64,000 bases of DNA from Gemmobacter sp. Its GTDB lineage: Bacteria > Pseudomonadota > Alphaproteobacteria > Rhodobacterales > Rhodobacteraceae. Shown in pieces: positions 20,638-32,691 of this stretch. The stretch spans positions 1,242 through 65,241 of the forward strand of contig NZ_JBKBQM010000009.1 in NCBI RefSeq assembly GCF_046292685.1, given 5' to 3'. Under the pieces are notes generated by a model. The model saw nothing but the letters and a program-made list of their open reading frames with translations. It did no database searches and was not told where the DNA came from. The first letter of the stretch is position 1; each line of letters starts with the position of its first letter. A program made the position numbers and the translations under genes.

Positions 20638-21156
20638 CTACTGCCCCGCCTGGCGCAAGGCCGAAACGGCGTAACCGTTGAAGGCCAGCACCTGGCGCGC
20701 GGCCGCCAGCCGGTCGGGGGCGATGCGGCCGCGGTCCAGCACCACGGCAAAGGCGCCCGAGGGTGCCGCCAGCACGGCGGTGCGGGCGCCATCGTCGGCC
20801 CAGATCAGCCACCAGGGTTCGGCAAGGCCCGAAACCGCCAGCCGCCCCGGCCCGGCCGGCACCGCCTGCGCCGCCAGCGGGCGCGCCACGCCGCCCAGGC
20901 ACAGCACCCCGTCCAGCCGCAGCGCCGCCCCTTCGGGGCGCACGGAAACCCGCCCGGGCGCGCAGGGGGCGGTTCCGGGAGGGGCCAGATGCGCCACCTC
21001 GGCCCAGTCGCCCGCGAGGCGGCCGAGGTCGAACGCGGCCAGCGACCGCACCGGCACGGCCGGATCGCGCATCAGGGCCCGCGGTGCCGGCCCGGCGCAG
21101 GCGGCAACCAGCAGGAGGGTGCAAAACCCGGCGAAGGCGCGGGTCAATCGCGGCAC
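20638..21156 (-). CDS. Lipocalin family lipoprotein
   Basis: Lipobox LVAAC; FDLGRLAGDWAEVA (GxW motif), WWLIWADD, VLDR, GY. Confidence 0.75.
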   Translation of the reverse strand: MPRLTRAFAGFCTLLLVAACAGPAPRALMRDPAVPVRSLAAFDLGRLAGDWAEVAHLAPPGTAPCAPGRVSVRPEGAALRLDGVLCLGGVARPLAAQAVPAGPGRLAVSGLAEPWWLIWADDGARTAVLAAPSGAFAVVLDRGRIAPDRLAAARQVLAFNGYAVSALRQAGQ

Positions 21157-21476
21157 AGCACGGCCTTCTGGCCCTGATCCATCAGGATCTCGTGGCACCC
21201 GAACAGCGGCACCACCGGGGCGCAGGTGCCGCTGCGCGCCAGGCAATCGCCTTCGCAGTCGCCGGCCCTGCGGCATTGCTTGCCGGAATCGCGCGTCTCG
21301 CGGATACAGGTCATGGCGCCGGCGATGCCGGCCTTGACCATGCGCCCGCCCGTGCGGGCGCAATCCTGCGTCGCCTGTTGCAGCAGGTCGGGCAACAGCG
21401 GCTCGGGCTTGGGCGCCTCCTCGCGGCAGGCAGCCAGCGCCAGAACGGCCAGCAGCAGGACCGACGCCGCCCGCAT
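21144..21476 (-). CDS. Small Cys-rich lipoprotein of unknown function
   Basis: Lipobox LAAC plus 8 further Cys (CARTGG..C..DSGKQC...DCEGDCLARSGTCAP...GC...C). Confidence 0.8.
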   Translation of the reverse strand: MRAASVLLLAVLALAACREEAPKPEPLLPDLLQQATQDCARTGGRMVKAGIAGAMTCIRETRDSGKQCRRAGDCEGDCLARSGTCAPVVPLFGCHEILMDQGQKAVLCRD

Positions 21477-22519
21477 CAGAACGGCATCGGGTGATCGCGG
21501 CGCACCGCGGCCAGGTCGGCCTGCACCTCGGCGCTCAGCACCAGGCCGGCGGCGCCGAGGTTGGTGCGCAGCTGCGCCAGGCTGGTGGCGCCGATGATCG
21601 GGATGGTCGGCACCGGACGCGAGCGCACGAAGGCCAGCGCCATCTGGCACGGGTCCAGCCCATGCGCCGCCGCGACCCCCAGATAGGCCGCAACCGCCGG
21701 AAACACCTGCGGCGTGATGCGCCCGCCCAGGTCGGGCGTGGCCGCGCGGCGGGTGCGGTCGGGGGTGACGTCGCCGGCATACTTGCCCGACAAGAGCCCC
21801 GCAGCCAGCGGCGAAAAGGCCAGCAGCGTCACGTCCTCGTTGTGGCAAAGCTCGGCCATGTCGGTATCGAAATGGCGGCACAGCAGCGAATATTCGTTCT
21901 GCACCGAGGCCACGCGGGGCCAGCCGTTCAGGTCCGACAGCCGCAGCCATTGCGCCGTGCCCCAGGCGGTTTCGTTCGACAGGCCGAAGGCGCGGATCTT
22001 GCCTTCGCCGACCAGCTTGCCGGCCTCGACCAGCACGTCCTGCATGTGGGCGATGGTGGCGGCGCGGTCCTGGCCGGTGGGGTCGTAGGTCCAGTTGCGG
22101 CGGAAATGATAGCCGCCGCGGTTGGGCCAGTGCAGCTGGTAGAGGTCGATCACCTCGGTGCGCAGGCGGCGCAGCGAATCCTCGACGCAGGCGCGCAGGT
22201 TGGCGGCGGTGATCGGCTCGCCCCCGCGGACCGCAGGTTGCCCGACGCCGGTGATCTTGGTGGCGATCACCAGCCCGTCGCGCCGCCGGCGCGCCGCCAG
22301 CCAGGCGCCGATGATTTCCTCGGTGCGGCCGACGGTTTCGGGGCGCACCGGGTTGGTCGGATACATCTCGGCCGTGTCGAGAAAGTTGATGCCGTGGTCC
22401 ATCGCCATGTCGATCTGGGCATGGGCCTCGGCTTCGGTGTTCTGGCTGCCCCAGGTCATGCTGCCCAGGCACAATTCGCTGACCTGGATGCCGGTGCGGC
22501 CAAGCGGCAGTTTCTGCAT
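21476..22519 (-). CDS. Aldo/keto reductase (Tas-like)
   Basis: LCLGSMTWG, DTAEMYP, IDLYQLHWP, SVQNEYSLL, FSPLAAGLLSGKY. Confidence 0.92.
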   Translation of the reverse strand: MQKLPLGRTGIQVSELCLGSMTWGSQNTEAEAHAQIDMAMDHGINFLDTAEMYPTNPVRPETVGRTEEIIGAWLAARRRRDGLVIATKITGVGQPAVRGGEPITAANLRACVEDSLRRLRTEVIDLYQLHWPNRGGYHFRRNWTYDPTGQDRAATIAHMQDVLVEAGKLVGEGKIRAFGLSNETAWGTAQWLRLSDLNGWPRVASVQNEYSLLCRHFDTDMAELCHNEDVTLLAFSPLAAGLLSGKYAGDVTPDRTRRAATPDLGGRITPQVFPAVAAYLGVAAAHGLDPCQMALAFVRSRPVPTIPIIGATSLAQLRTNLGAAGLVLSAEVQADLAAVRRDHPMPF

Positions 22520-22582
22520 GGCGGTCTCCTTTGCGTGGGCGCAGACTAGCCATGATGGCGCCGGGGGCAAGCAGGCAGTTGA

Positions 22583-22597
22583 GAACGAAAAAGGAAC
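22583..22597 (+). promoter_or_regulatory. Alphaproteobacterial LexA (SOS) box
   Basis: Exact GAAC-gaaaaag-GAAC ending 16 nt before the imuA start. Confidence 0.8.
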
Positions 22598-22613
22598 ATG
22601 GCACCATGCGGGC

Positions 22614-23239
22614 ATGACGACTCATCCTTCCCCGCTGCCGGGCCTGCCTGCCCGGCCCGATATCGTGCTGGCCGAGGGTATCGGCTTTCGCCCCGGTCGG
22701 GTGCACGAAGCCTGCGGCCGCGCGCGCCGGGTGCTGGCGGCCATGCTGGCGGGGGCGACGGGCGGGCCGGTGGTCTGGGCCCAGCCCGCGTGGGACCGCG
22801 ACCGGCTGTATCCCCCCGGTCTGGCCGCGTTCTGCGACCCGGGGCGCATCGTGCTGGCGCGTGGGCGCAGCCCTGCCGACCTGCTGTGGGTGGTGGAAGA
22901 AAGCCTGCGGTCGGGGGCAGTGGCGCTGGCGGTGGCCGAACTGGCCGAACCGCCGGGGCTGACGCCGGTGCGCCGCCTGCATCTGGCGGCCGAGGCCGGC
23001 GGCGGGCGGGCGCTGGGGCTGCTGCTGACGCCGGGCACAGGCGGGGCTGCGGGGGTGGAAAGCCGCTGGCACCTGTCGCCCGAGCCGGGCGGCGGCTGGC
23101 TGGCGCACCGGCTGCGCGCCCGCATGGCGCCCGAGCTGCGCCTGCGGTTGCGGCCGGGGCCGGGCGGGCTGCGCAGCGACCGCGCCGAAGGGGCCGCGGC
23201 GGTGCAGCCGAACACCGGGCAGGACGAGGCGCGCGCGCC

Positions 23240-23243
<4 letters not shown>
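22614..23243 (+). CDS. imuA: ImuA family (RecA/SulA-like) protein
   Basis: [41 protein letters not shown]; LexA box upstream. Confidence 0.8.
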
Positions 23244-25420
<2,177 letters not shown>

Positions 25421-25447
25421 GGACGATTCCCTTCGGCGCCCAAGGTC

Positions 25448-25462
25448 GGTCGCTTTTTGTTC
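25448..25462. promoter_or_regulatory. Possible degenerate LexA box upstream of uvrB
   Basis: GGTC-gcttttt-GTTC, one mismatch to GTTC-N7-GTTC. Confidence 0.4.
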
Positions 25463-25492
25463 CCGTTCAAGGGGCGACAGCGCGGCGCCCTG

Positions 25493-26377
25493 TCACGGCT
25501 GCTTGCGCGCCTGTTCCACCTTGCGCGCCCGGATCAGGGTAAAGACCCCGGCGCCGACGACGATGGCCGTGCCCAGCATCACGTTGGGGCGCAGCACCTC
25601 GGCAAACAGCACGACCCCCAGCACCGAGGCGAAGGCCAGTTGCAGATAGGCAAAGGGCTGCACGGCGCTGGCCTCGGCCACCTCGTAGGCGCGGATCATC
25701 AGCCAGTGGCCCAGGATTCCGGTGCAGCACAGCACCGTCATCCAGCCCCAGTCGGGGGCGCGCATCGGCTCCCAATACCAGATGCCGATCAGGGTCATCA
25801 CCACCGCGCCGGCGGTGCCGGTCCAGAACAGGCTGACGGACGAGCTGTCGTGTCGCCCGACATAGCGCGTGAGCAGACCATAGAGCGCGAACATGAAGGC
25901 CGCGCCCACCGGCACCAGCGCAAAGGGCGAAAACACCCCCTGCCCCGGTTGCAGGATGACCAGCACGCCGGCAAAGCCGATGGCAATGGCCGTCCAGCGC
26001 CGCCAGCCCACCCGCTCGCCCAGCACCGGGCCCGACAAGGCGGCGATCAGCAGCGGATAGACGGCAAAGATCGCGTGGCTTTCCACCAGCCCCAGCGTGG
26101 CGAAGGACAGCACCGCGACGCAGATTTCCAGCGCCAGCAACACCCCGCGCCCGACCTGCAACCACGGATACCGGCTGGAAACCGCCGCCCGCAAGCCCCC
26201 CGGCGCGCGCGCCGCAAGCGCGATGACGAAGGCGGCAAAGAACCAGTAGCGGATCATCACCACCATCAGCACGTTGTATTCGCTGGCCAGGTGGCGCGAA
26301 ATGCCGTCCTGCGCGGCAAAGACCGCGGTGGTCGCAACCATAAGCCAGATGCCCAGCCGGGTGTTCTGAACCGCCAT
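25493..26377 (-). CDS. DMT/EamA family transporter
   Basis: About 10 TM; LSGPVLGERVGWRRW, QPFAYLQL. Confidence 0.9.
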   Translation of the reverse strand: MAVQNTRLGIWLMVATTAVFAAQDGISRHLASEYNVLMVVMIRYWFFAAFVIALAARAPGGLRAAVSSRYPWLQVGRGVLLALEICVAVLSFATLGLVESHAIFAVYPLLIAALSGPVLGERVGWRRWTAIAIGFAGVLVILQPGQGVFSPFALVPVGAAFMFALYGLLTRYVGRHDSSSVSLFWTGTAGAVVMTLIGIWYWEPMRAPDWGWMTVLCCTGILGHWLMIRAYEVAEASAVQPFAYLQLAFASVLGVVLFAEVLRPNVMLGTAIVVGAGVFTLIRARKVEQARKQP

Positions 26378-26380
26378 GTC

Positions 26381-27253
26381 CTATGCCTCCTTGCGTGCCG
26401 GCAGGCGCAACAGCGTGACCAGCCCCGCCGCAACCACGATCGCCGCCCCGATCACCACCGGCGCCTCCAGCGGCTCGCCGAACACCGCCACCCCCATGCC
26501 CATCACGAACACCAGTTGCAGATAGGCAAAGGGCTGCACCACATTCGCCTCGGCCCGGGTGTAGCAGCGGATGATGAGCCAGTTCGACAGGATGGCAAAG
26601 GCCCCGTTGGCCAGCGTCAGGCCCCAGTCGTCCAGCGGCATCGGTTCCCAGAACCAGATCCCGATTGCCGTCATCAGCACGCAGCCGAGGATGCCCGACC
26701 AGAAGAAGGCCACGAAGGTCGGCTCGGCCCGCGTGGCCAGCCGGGTCAGCACGGAATACAGCGCAAACAGCGCCGCCGAGGCCAGCGGCAGCACCGCCAG
26801 CGGGGTGAACAGGTCCGACCCCGGCCGCAGGATCACCAGGATGCCGCAGAACCCCGCCCCGATGGCCAGCCAGCGCGCGAGCCCCACCTTTTCGCCCAGC
26901 ACCGGGCCCGACAAGGCGGCGATCATCAGCGGGCAGACCGCGAACAACGCATGGGTGTTGATGAGGCCGATCAGCGTGAAGCTGGCCACGATGACGCAGA
27001 TTTCCGCAATGTGCAGGCTGGCGCGCGCCAGGTGCAGCCCGGGTCGCACCGTGGCCACCGCCTTGCGCAACCCTTGCGGCTGGCGCCAGCCCAGCACCAG
27101 CACGAAGGCAGCAAAGAACCAGTAGCGGATCATGATGGTCTGCCAGACGGTGTATTCCCCGGCCAGGTGCCGCGAAAGCCCGTCCTGCACGGTAAAGCTG
27201 GCCACGGCCCCGATCATCAGCCAGATGCCTGCACGATTGTCCGCAGCGGTCAT
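26381..27253 (-). CDS. DMT/EamA family transporter (tandem paralog)
   Basis: LSGPVLGEKVGLARW, QPFAYLQL. Confidence 0.9.
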   Translation of the reverse strand: MTAADNRAGIWLMIGAVASFTVQDGLSRHLAGEYTVWQTIMIRYWFFAAFVLVLGWRQPQGLRKAVATVRPGLHLARASLHIAEICVIVASFTLIGLINTHALFAVCPLMIAALSGPVLGEKVGLARWLAIGAGFCGILVILRPGSDLFTPLAVLPLASAALFALYSVLTRLATRAEPTFVAFFWSGILGCVLMTAIGIWFWEPMPLDDWGLTLANGAFAILSNWLIIRCYTRAEANVVQPFAYLQLVFVMGMGVAVFGEPLEAPVVIGAAIVVAAGLVTLLRLPARKEA

Positions 27254-27254
27254 G

Positions 27255-27920
27255 TCACCCCAGCCTGCCTGCGCTCATGTGCCGCTTGGCCCCGAATCCC
27301 GCCGAACGGGTGACCTGAAACCCCGCCGCCTGCAAGGCCCTGCGCACATGTCCGGCGGCGGTATAGGTGGCGAAGGTGCCGCCGGGCGCCGTATGGGCCG
27401 CCACCTCGGCCATCAGCGCCGCGCCCCAGATCTCGGGGTTCTTCGCGGGGGAAAACCCGTCCAGGAACCAGGCGTCGGCGCGCCCGGGCCAGGCCGGCAA
27501 GGTCTGGCGCACGTCGCCCACGATCACCTCGGCCTCCAGCCCTTCGGCCCGGATGTGCCTTGCCCCCGCGGCCCATTGCTCCAGGAACGGCCCTGCCACC
27601 GCCTCTGCCTCGGGGAACAGCGCCAGAGCCCGGGCGATGTCGGGGGCAGGCAGCGGCCAGGCCTCGAAACTGGTAAACCGCAGCGGCCCCGCGACCCCGG
27701 CCGCGCGCCACGCGATCAGCGCGGCCAGCATGTTCAATCCGGTGCCGAAGCCCAGTTCGGCTATGTGGAACCCCAGCCGGAACCGCCCAGGCAACCCGTT
27801 GCCCGCCAGAAACACGTGCCGCGTTTCCGCCAGCCCGTTGCCCAGCGAAAAATACGGGTCGTCGAACCGGCGCGCCACGGGCACGCCCTCGCCTGTCCAG
27901 TCCAGCGCATCCTGCGGCAT
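27255..27920 (-). CDS. mnmD: tRNA mnm5s2U34 methyltransferase (MnmC methyltransferase domain)
   Basis: FDDPYFS..NGLAETRHVFL, ELGFGTGLN, WFLDGFSPAKNPEIW, ATYTAAG. Confidence 0.9.
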   Translation of the reverse strand: MPQDALDWTGEGVPVARRFDDPYFSLGNGLAETRHVFLAGNGLPGRFRLGFHIAELGFGTGLNMLAALIAWRAAGVAGPLRFTSFEAWPLPAPDIARALALFPEAEAVAGPFLEQWAAGARHIRAEGLEAEVIVGDVRQTLPAWPGRADAWFLDGFSPAKNPEIWGAALMAEVAAHTAPGGTFATYTAAGHVRRALQAAGFQVTRSAGFGAKRHMSAGRLG

Positions 27921-27935
27921 GCGGCCTCTTGCCCC

Positions 27936-27996
27936 TTCACCTTGCCGCAAATATCCCGGGGGGCGCCGCCTTGGGCGGCGGGGGGCGGCGCCCCCC
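27936..27996 (-). repeat. Intergenic repeat copy R3
   Basis: Reverse complement ends ...cccccgggatatttgcggcaaggtgaa, preceded by GC hairpins. Confidence 0.8.
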
Positions 27997-28029
27997 TCTT
28001 TTCGGGTTGCGCCAGGCGAAAGGCAAGCC

Positions 28030-29046
28030 ATGCAGGACATCACCGTGATGGGCGCCGGCATCTTCGGCCTCTCGCTCGGGTGGGAGGCAGCGCGCCGCGG
28101 CGCCCGGGTGCAGGTGATCGACCCGGCAGGGCCCGGCGCGGGTGCCTCGGGCGGGCTGGTGGGGGCGCTGGCCCCCCACGCGCCCGAGGCCTGGACCCCC
28201 GCCAAGGCGCTGCAACTGCAAGCGCTGATGCTGGCCCCCGACTGGTGGGCCGGGGTCGAGGCGGCCGGCGGGCTTTCTGCCGGCTTCGGCCGCACCGGCC
28301 GGGTGCAGCCCCTGCCCGATGCCCGCGCCGTGGCGCAGGCCCGCGCCCGGGCCGAAGGCGCCGCAGCGCTGTGGCAAGGCGCCGGCCATTGGCAGGTGCG
28401 GCCCGCACAGGCGGGCGACCCCGTCAGCCCCTCGGGACTGGTCGCCGAAGACACGCTGAGCGCCCGGCTGCACCCGCGCCGGGCGCTGGCCGCGCTGGTG
28501 GCGGCGATCCGGGCTCGCGGCGGCGTCGTGGCGCAGGACGGGCCCGCGAAGGGGCCGGTGGTCTGGGCCACCGGCGCGGCTGGGCTGCGCGACCTTGGCG
28601 CCGCGCTCGGCCGCGATGTCGGGCGCGGCGAAAAGGGCCAGGCGCTGGCCCTGCGGCACGCCGCCCCCGAAGCGCCGCAGCTTTATGCCCCCGGCCTGCA
28701 TGTCGTGCCGCATGCCGATGGCACCGTGGCGGTCGGCTCCACCTCGGAGCGCGACTACGACCGGCCCGACAGCACCGATGCACAGCTTGACGCGCTGCAT
28801 GCCCGCGCGGTGGCACTGTGGCCCGTGCTGGCCGCGGCGCCGGTCGTGGCCCGCTGGGCCGGCGAACGCCCGCGCAGCGCCAGCCGCACGCTGGTGCTGG
28901 GGGCATGGCCCGGCCGGCCCGGGCATTACGTCGCCAACGGCGGGTTCAAGACCGGCTTTGCAATGGCGCCGCTGGCCGCGCAGCTGATGGCCGACCTCGT
29001 GCTGGACGGCCGCGATGCGCTGCCCGCGCCTTGGCGTCTGGGCTGA
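28030..29046 (+). CDS. FAD-dependent oxidoreductase (DAO family; probable MnmC oxidase half)
   Basis: MGAGIFG, GASGGLVGAL, KGQAL, WAGERPR, GGFKTGF; divergent from mnmD. Confidence 0.8.
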   Translation: MQDITVMGAGIFGLSLGWEAARRGARVQVIDPAGPGAGASGGLVGALAPHAPEAWTPAKALQLQALMLAPDWWAGVEAAGGLSAGFGRTGRVQPLPDARAVAQARARAEGAAALWQGAGHWQVRPAQAGDPVSPSGLVAEDTLSARLHPRRALAALVAAIRARGGVVAQDGPAKGPVVWATGAAGLRDLGAALGRDVGRGEKGQALALRHAAPEAPQLYAPGLHVVPHADGTVAVGSTSERDYDRPDSTDAQLDALHARAVALWPVLAAAPVVARWAGERPRSASRTLVLGAWPGRPGHYVANGGFKTGFAMAPLAAQLMADLVLDGRDALPAPWRLG

Positions 29047-29052
29047 ACCCGA

Positions 29053-29937
29053 TCAGGTTTCGCGCACCACATCCTTGTGGATGATGACATCGGCCTGCGG
29101 ATAGGCCTCGATGATCGCGCGGCGCAGGCCGGCACCGATGGCATGCGCCTCGCGCAGGGTCTGGTCGCCATCGAGTTCGATGTGCAGGTGCACGAAGATC
29201 CGGCTGCCGGCGGTGCGGGTCTTCAGGTCGTGCCAGCCGCGCACGCCGGGCCAGCTGCCGGCGATGCGCCCGATGCCCTCGACGATGGCCGGGTCGGCGC
29301 GCCGGTCCATCAGCGCATCCCAGGCACCGCGCCCGATGGTCAGCGCCCCGCGCGCCAGCACGACCGCCGCCACCATCGCCACCACCGCATCCAGCTGCCA
29401 GACCCCCCACAGGTGCGAGGCCGCCAGCGCCGCAATGGCCCCCAGTGCCGGCAGCAGGTCGGCCATGTAATGCAGACGGTCGGCCGCGATCACGCGGTTG
29501 CCGGTCAGCCTGGCCACGCGCCCTTGCCAGGCCACCAGCGCCAGGGTAAGCACGATGGACAGCCCCATCGCCACCAGACCCGGCCCCTCGGACCCCATCC
29601 GCGGCGGCTCGGGCGCCACCAGTCGGGCGACGGCCTGCCAGATCAGCCCCGCGGCCACCACCGCCAGGAACAGCGACTGCGCCAGCGCCGTCAGATCCTC
29701 CACCGAGGTGTGGCCGAAATGGTGGTCGTCGTCGGCGGGCCGTGCGGCATAACCGATTGCCGCCATCGCGGCCAGCGACATCATCACATCCATCGCCGAA
29801 TCCGCCAGCGAGGCCGCCACGGACAAGGCCCCGGTGGCCCACAGCGCCCACAGCTTGACCGCCACCAACACCACCGCCACGGTCACCGAAGCGACGGCAG
29901 CCGAGCGGTTCAGGGCGTGCAGATCGACATGGGCCAT
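29053..29937 (-). CDS. Cation diffusion facilitator (FieF-like)
   Basis: SLADSAMD, PADDDHHFGH, ADRLHY..D, C-terminal HLHIELDG...IIHKD. Confidence 0.9.
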   Translation of the reverse strand: MAHVDLHALNRSAAVASVTVAVVLVAVKLWALWATGALSVAASLADSAMDVMMSLAAMAAIGYAARPADDDHHFGHTSVEDLTALAQSLFLAVVAAGLIWQAVARLVAPEPPRMGSEGPGLVAMGLSIVLTLALVAWQGRVARLTGNRVIAADRLHYMADLLPALGAIAALAASHLWGVWQLDAVVAMVAAVVLARGALTIGRGAWDALMDRRADPAIVEGIGRIAGSWPGVRGWHDLKTRTAGSRIFVHLHIELDGDQTLREAHAIGAGLRRAIIEAYPQADVIIHKDVVRET

Positions 29938-30004
29938 GACACGGCTCCGGCATGGGACAGGAAGGGACGCGCCCCATGCCATGATGCCGCGAGTCGGGCA
30001 AGTT

Positions 30005-30568
30005 TCAATCGAAGGTTTCCTGCGGATCGACGCCCCAGAGCGCGGTTTTCGGCACCCATCCGCGCAAACCGTCGCGGCTGATGCGGCACCAGTCGGGGCG
30101 GCATTCGTGAATGCGCGCGATCACGCCGGTTTCGGCCCGGGCCAGCACGGCGGCGCCCGGATCGGGCGCGGATCGCAGCTCGGCCAGATCCTGCACCACC
30201 ATCGCGGTGCGGGTGGGCGACAGCAGGGCATAGTGCATCCAGCCGCCGACGCCTTCGGCATCCTCGACCCGGCGCCAGTTTTCGTATTCCGCCGTCACCT
30301 TCAAAGGCAGCCCGGGGCGCTGGTAGATCCAGTCGACGCGGTGGTCGGCGCCGGGGCCGCGGCGGGCGCGCGCCTCGGCCCCTTTCAGCGACACGTAGCG
30401 CGGCAGCGGGCGGCGCGTGACGCAGCCCAGCCCGGGCGGGCAGTCCTTGCCCGCAGGGCGGGCGGCAGCCGGAACCGCGGGCGGTTCCTCGACCGTCTGC
30501 GCCGGCGCGACGCCGCCGGCGAACCCTGCCCATGCCATCGTCATCAGCGCGAACATCGCCTGTCGCAT
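30005..30568 (-). CDS. Secreted bacterial SH3-domain protein
   Basis: Signal peptide; PLPRYVSLK..ARRGPG, ENWRRVEDAEG, GWVPKTALWGV. Confidence 0.85.
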   Translation of the reverse strand: MRQAMFALMTMAWAGFAGGVAPAQTVEEPPAVPAAARPAGKDCPPGLGCVTRRPLPRYVSLKGAEARARRGPGADHRVDWIYQRPGLPLKVTAEYENWRRVEDAEGVGGWMHYALLSPTRTAMVVQDLAELRSAPDPGAAVLARAETGVIARIHECRPDWCRISRDGLRGWVPKTALWGVDPQETFD

Positions 30569-30734
30569 CGGGTCTGCCTGTGTTGGGGCGCCACGGGGGC
30601 GCGGCCATCCTCGGGGTTTCGCGGTCTTTTTGCCGCGCTGTTGCTCGGGCGCGCTGCGGGGTGCTTGTGCCGGCCGCGCGCTTGCGCCACCTTGCCACCG
30701 AAGGCCACGGTTTGGAAGTGCAGGGAGGAAGACC

Positions 30735-31721
30735 ATGCCCGCGAAAAGGCTGAGTGTTGTCGTGACGCGACGGTTGCCCGAGGCGGTCGAGACCCGCATG
30801 ACCGAACTGTTCGACGTGTCCTTGCGCGACCCCGACGTGCCCATGACCCGCGACGAACTGCTGGCCGCAATGAAGACCGCCGATGTGCTGGTGCCTTGCG
30901 TGACCGACCAGATCGACGCCGGCATGCTGGCCCAGGCCGGCGAACGGCTGAAGCTGATCGCCAGCTACGGCGCCGGGGTCGACCATATCGACGTGGCCAC
31001 CGCGCGCAGTCGCGGGATCATCGTGTCGAACACGCCGGGCGTGTTGTCGGAAGACACCGCCGACATGACCATGGCGTTGATTCTGAGCGTGCTTCGGCGC
31101 ATTCCGCAAGGCATGGCCGAAATGGCCGGTGGGCAATGGAAAGGCTGGGCGCCGATGGCGAACCTGGGCCACCGCGTGGGCGGGCGACGGCTGGGCATTC
31201 TGGGCATGGGGCGCGTGGGCCTGGCGGTGGCGCGGCGGGCGCGGGCGTTCGGCATGCAGATCCATTACCACAACCGCCGCCGGCTGCGCCCCGAAACCGA
31301 GGCCGAGGTGGAGGCGACCTACTGGGAAAGCCTCGATCAGATGCTGGCGCGGATGGATGTGATTTCGGTCAACTGCCCGCACACGCCCAGCACGTTCCAC
31401 CTGCTGAACGCCCGGCGGCTGAAGCTGCTGAAACCGACGGCGGTCATCGTGAACACCAGCCGCGGCGAGGTGATCGACGAAAACGCCCTGGTCCGCGGCC
31501 TGAAAGCCGGAGAGATCGGCGGCGCAGGGCTGGACGTTTACGAACACGGGCACGAGGTGAACCCGGCCTTGCGCGAACTGCCCAACGTGGTGCTGCTGCC
31601 GCACATGGGTTCGGCCACCATCGAAGGCCGGGTGGAAATGGGCGAAAAGGTGATTCTGAACATCAAGACCTTTGCCGATGGCCACCGCCCGCCGGACCGG
31701 GTGGTGCCGGGGCTGCTATAG
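30735..31721 (+). CDS. D-2-hydroxyacid dehydrogenase (glyoxylate/hydroxypyruvate reductase)
   Basis: GILGMGRVG, VNTSRGEVIDE, GLDVYE, LLPHMGSAT. Confidence 0.92.
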   Translation: MPAKRLSVVVTRRLPEAVETRMTELFDVSLRDPDVPMTRDELLAAMKTADVLVPCVTDQIDAGMLAQAGERLKLIASYGAGVDHIDVATARSRGIIVSNTPGVLSEDTADMTMALILSVLRRIPQGMAEMAGGQWKGWAPMANLGHRVGGRRLGILGMGRVGLAVARRARAFGMQIHYHNRRRLRPETEAEVEATYWESLDQMLARMDVISVNCPHTPSTFHLLNARRLKLLKPTAVIVNTSRGEVIDENALVRGLKAGEIGGAGLDVYEHGHEVNPALRELPNVVLLPHMGSATIEGRVEMGEKVILNIKTFADGHRPPDRVVPGLL

Positions 31722-31725
31722 GCCC

Positions 31726-32691
31726 TCAGGGGCGCGCGCCGGCCTGTTCGCGCAAGGTCGCCGTGGCGCCGTCGAAGGCCGCCGCCTTTTGCTGCAGGGC
31801 CGCCAGCGCCTTTGCCTCGATGTCGGCGCGCAAGGCATCGACCATCTCGGCCAGGTCGCGTTCGAAATCGGCACGGTTGAAATAGGCGTCGATCCGCACC
31901 ACCGCGCTGTCGACGGCGATCCAGGTCACTACGCCCCCTGCGGCACCGCACAGCACCGCCGCAGGCCCCGCCCAGGAACAGGCCAGCGCCCCGGTGCCGG
32001 CGCCGGCCAGAACAGTGCCCATCTTGCCGGCCGCCTTGGCCGCCGATTTCGCGGCAACCTTGGCGGCAAGCTTCTTGGCCACCACTGCCGAGGCCGTCTT
32101 GGCCACGCCGGCTGCCACCGCCGTGGTGGCCACCAGATTGACCGGCAGCGTCACCTTGAAGCGGTCTTGCGCATCGGCAATGGCGGCCTGGGTCAAGGGC
32201 CCGAAACCGAGGTCGGGGTCGTTCAGCGTGGCGCGCAGCTCGTCCAGCCGGGCTTGCAGCACGGTCGCATACGTTTCGCCCAGCCTCTGGTCCAGTCCGG
32301 TCAGTTCGGCCTGCAGCCGGGTTTCGAAGCCAGCGAACATCTTTTCCAGAATCGCCGCCGATGCTTGCCCGAGTGCGGCATTCGCCAGCTCGGTATATTC
32401 GCCCGGCACCGAATAATGGAAATCGGCATAGGCCGGAACCGCCGCGTGAACCGGGGCAAAGACCCGGTCCAGGGCAGGCCCCAGATGTTCGGCACGCACC
32501 TTGTCCACCGTTTCGGCGGCAGCGTCGGACAGGATCTCCTGCAGCGCGTCGGGTTCGACTTCGACCGCGTGCCGGGCGGGCCCACGCAAGGCGGCCACCG
32601 CCAGCGCCAGCAACACCGTTGCGGCCATCAGCAGGATCACGCCCCAGAAGCCGCGGGAAAAACCCTGCGACGGCGCTGCGGTTCGGGTCAT
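31726..32691 (-). CDS. Hypothetical membrane-anchored helical protein with Gly/Ala-rich hydrophobic hairpin
   Basis: C-terminal part of ORF 31726-35088; ATG at 32691 overlaps the upstream gene stop. Confidence 0.75.
   Translation of the reverse strand: MTRTAAPSQGFSRGFWGVILLMAATVLLALAVAALRGPARHAVEVEPDALQEILSDAAAETVDKVRAEHLGPALDRVFAPVHAAVPAYADFHYSVPGEYTELANAALGQASAAILEKMFAGFETRLQAELTGLDQRLGETYATVLQARLDELRATLNDPDLGFGPLTQAAIADAQDRFKVTLPVNLVATTAVAAGVAKTASAVVAKKLAAKVAAKSAAKAAGKMGTVLAGAGTGALACSWAGPAAVLCGAAGGVVTWIAVDSAVVRIDAYFNRADFERDLAEMVDALRADIEAKALAALQQKAAAFDGATATLREQAGARP

Noticed and set aside
27255-29046. Divergent split mnmC halves as a novelty
   Set aside because: Split MnmC domains are common in Alphaproteobacteria.
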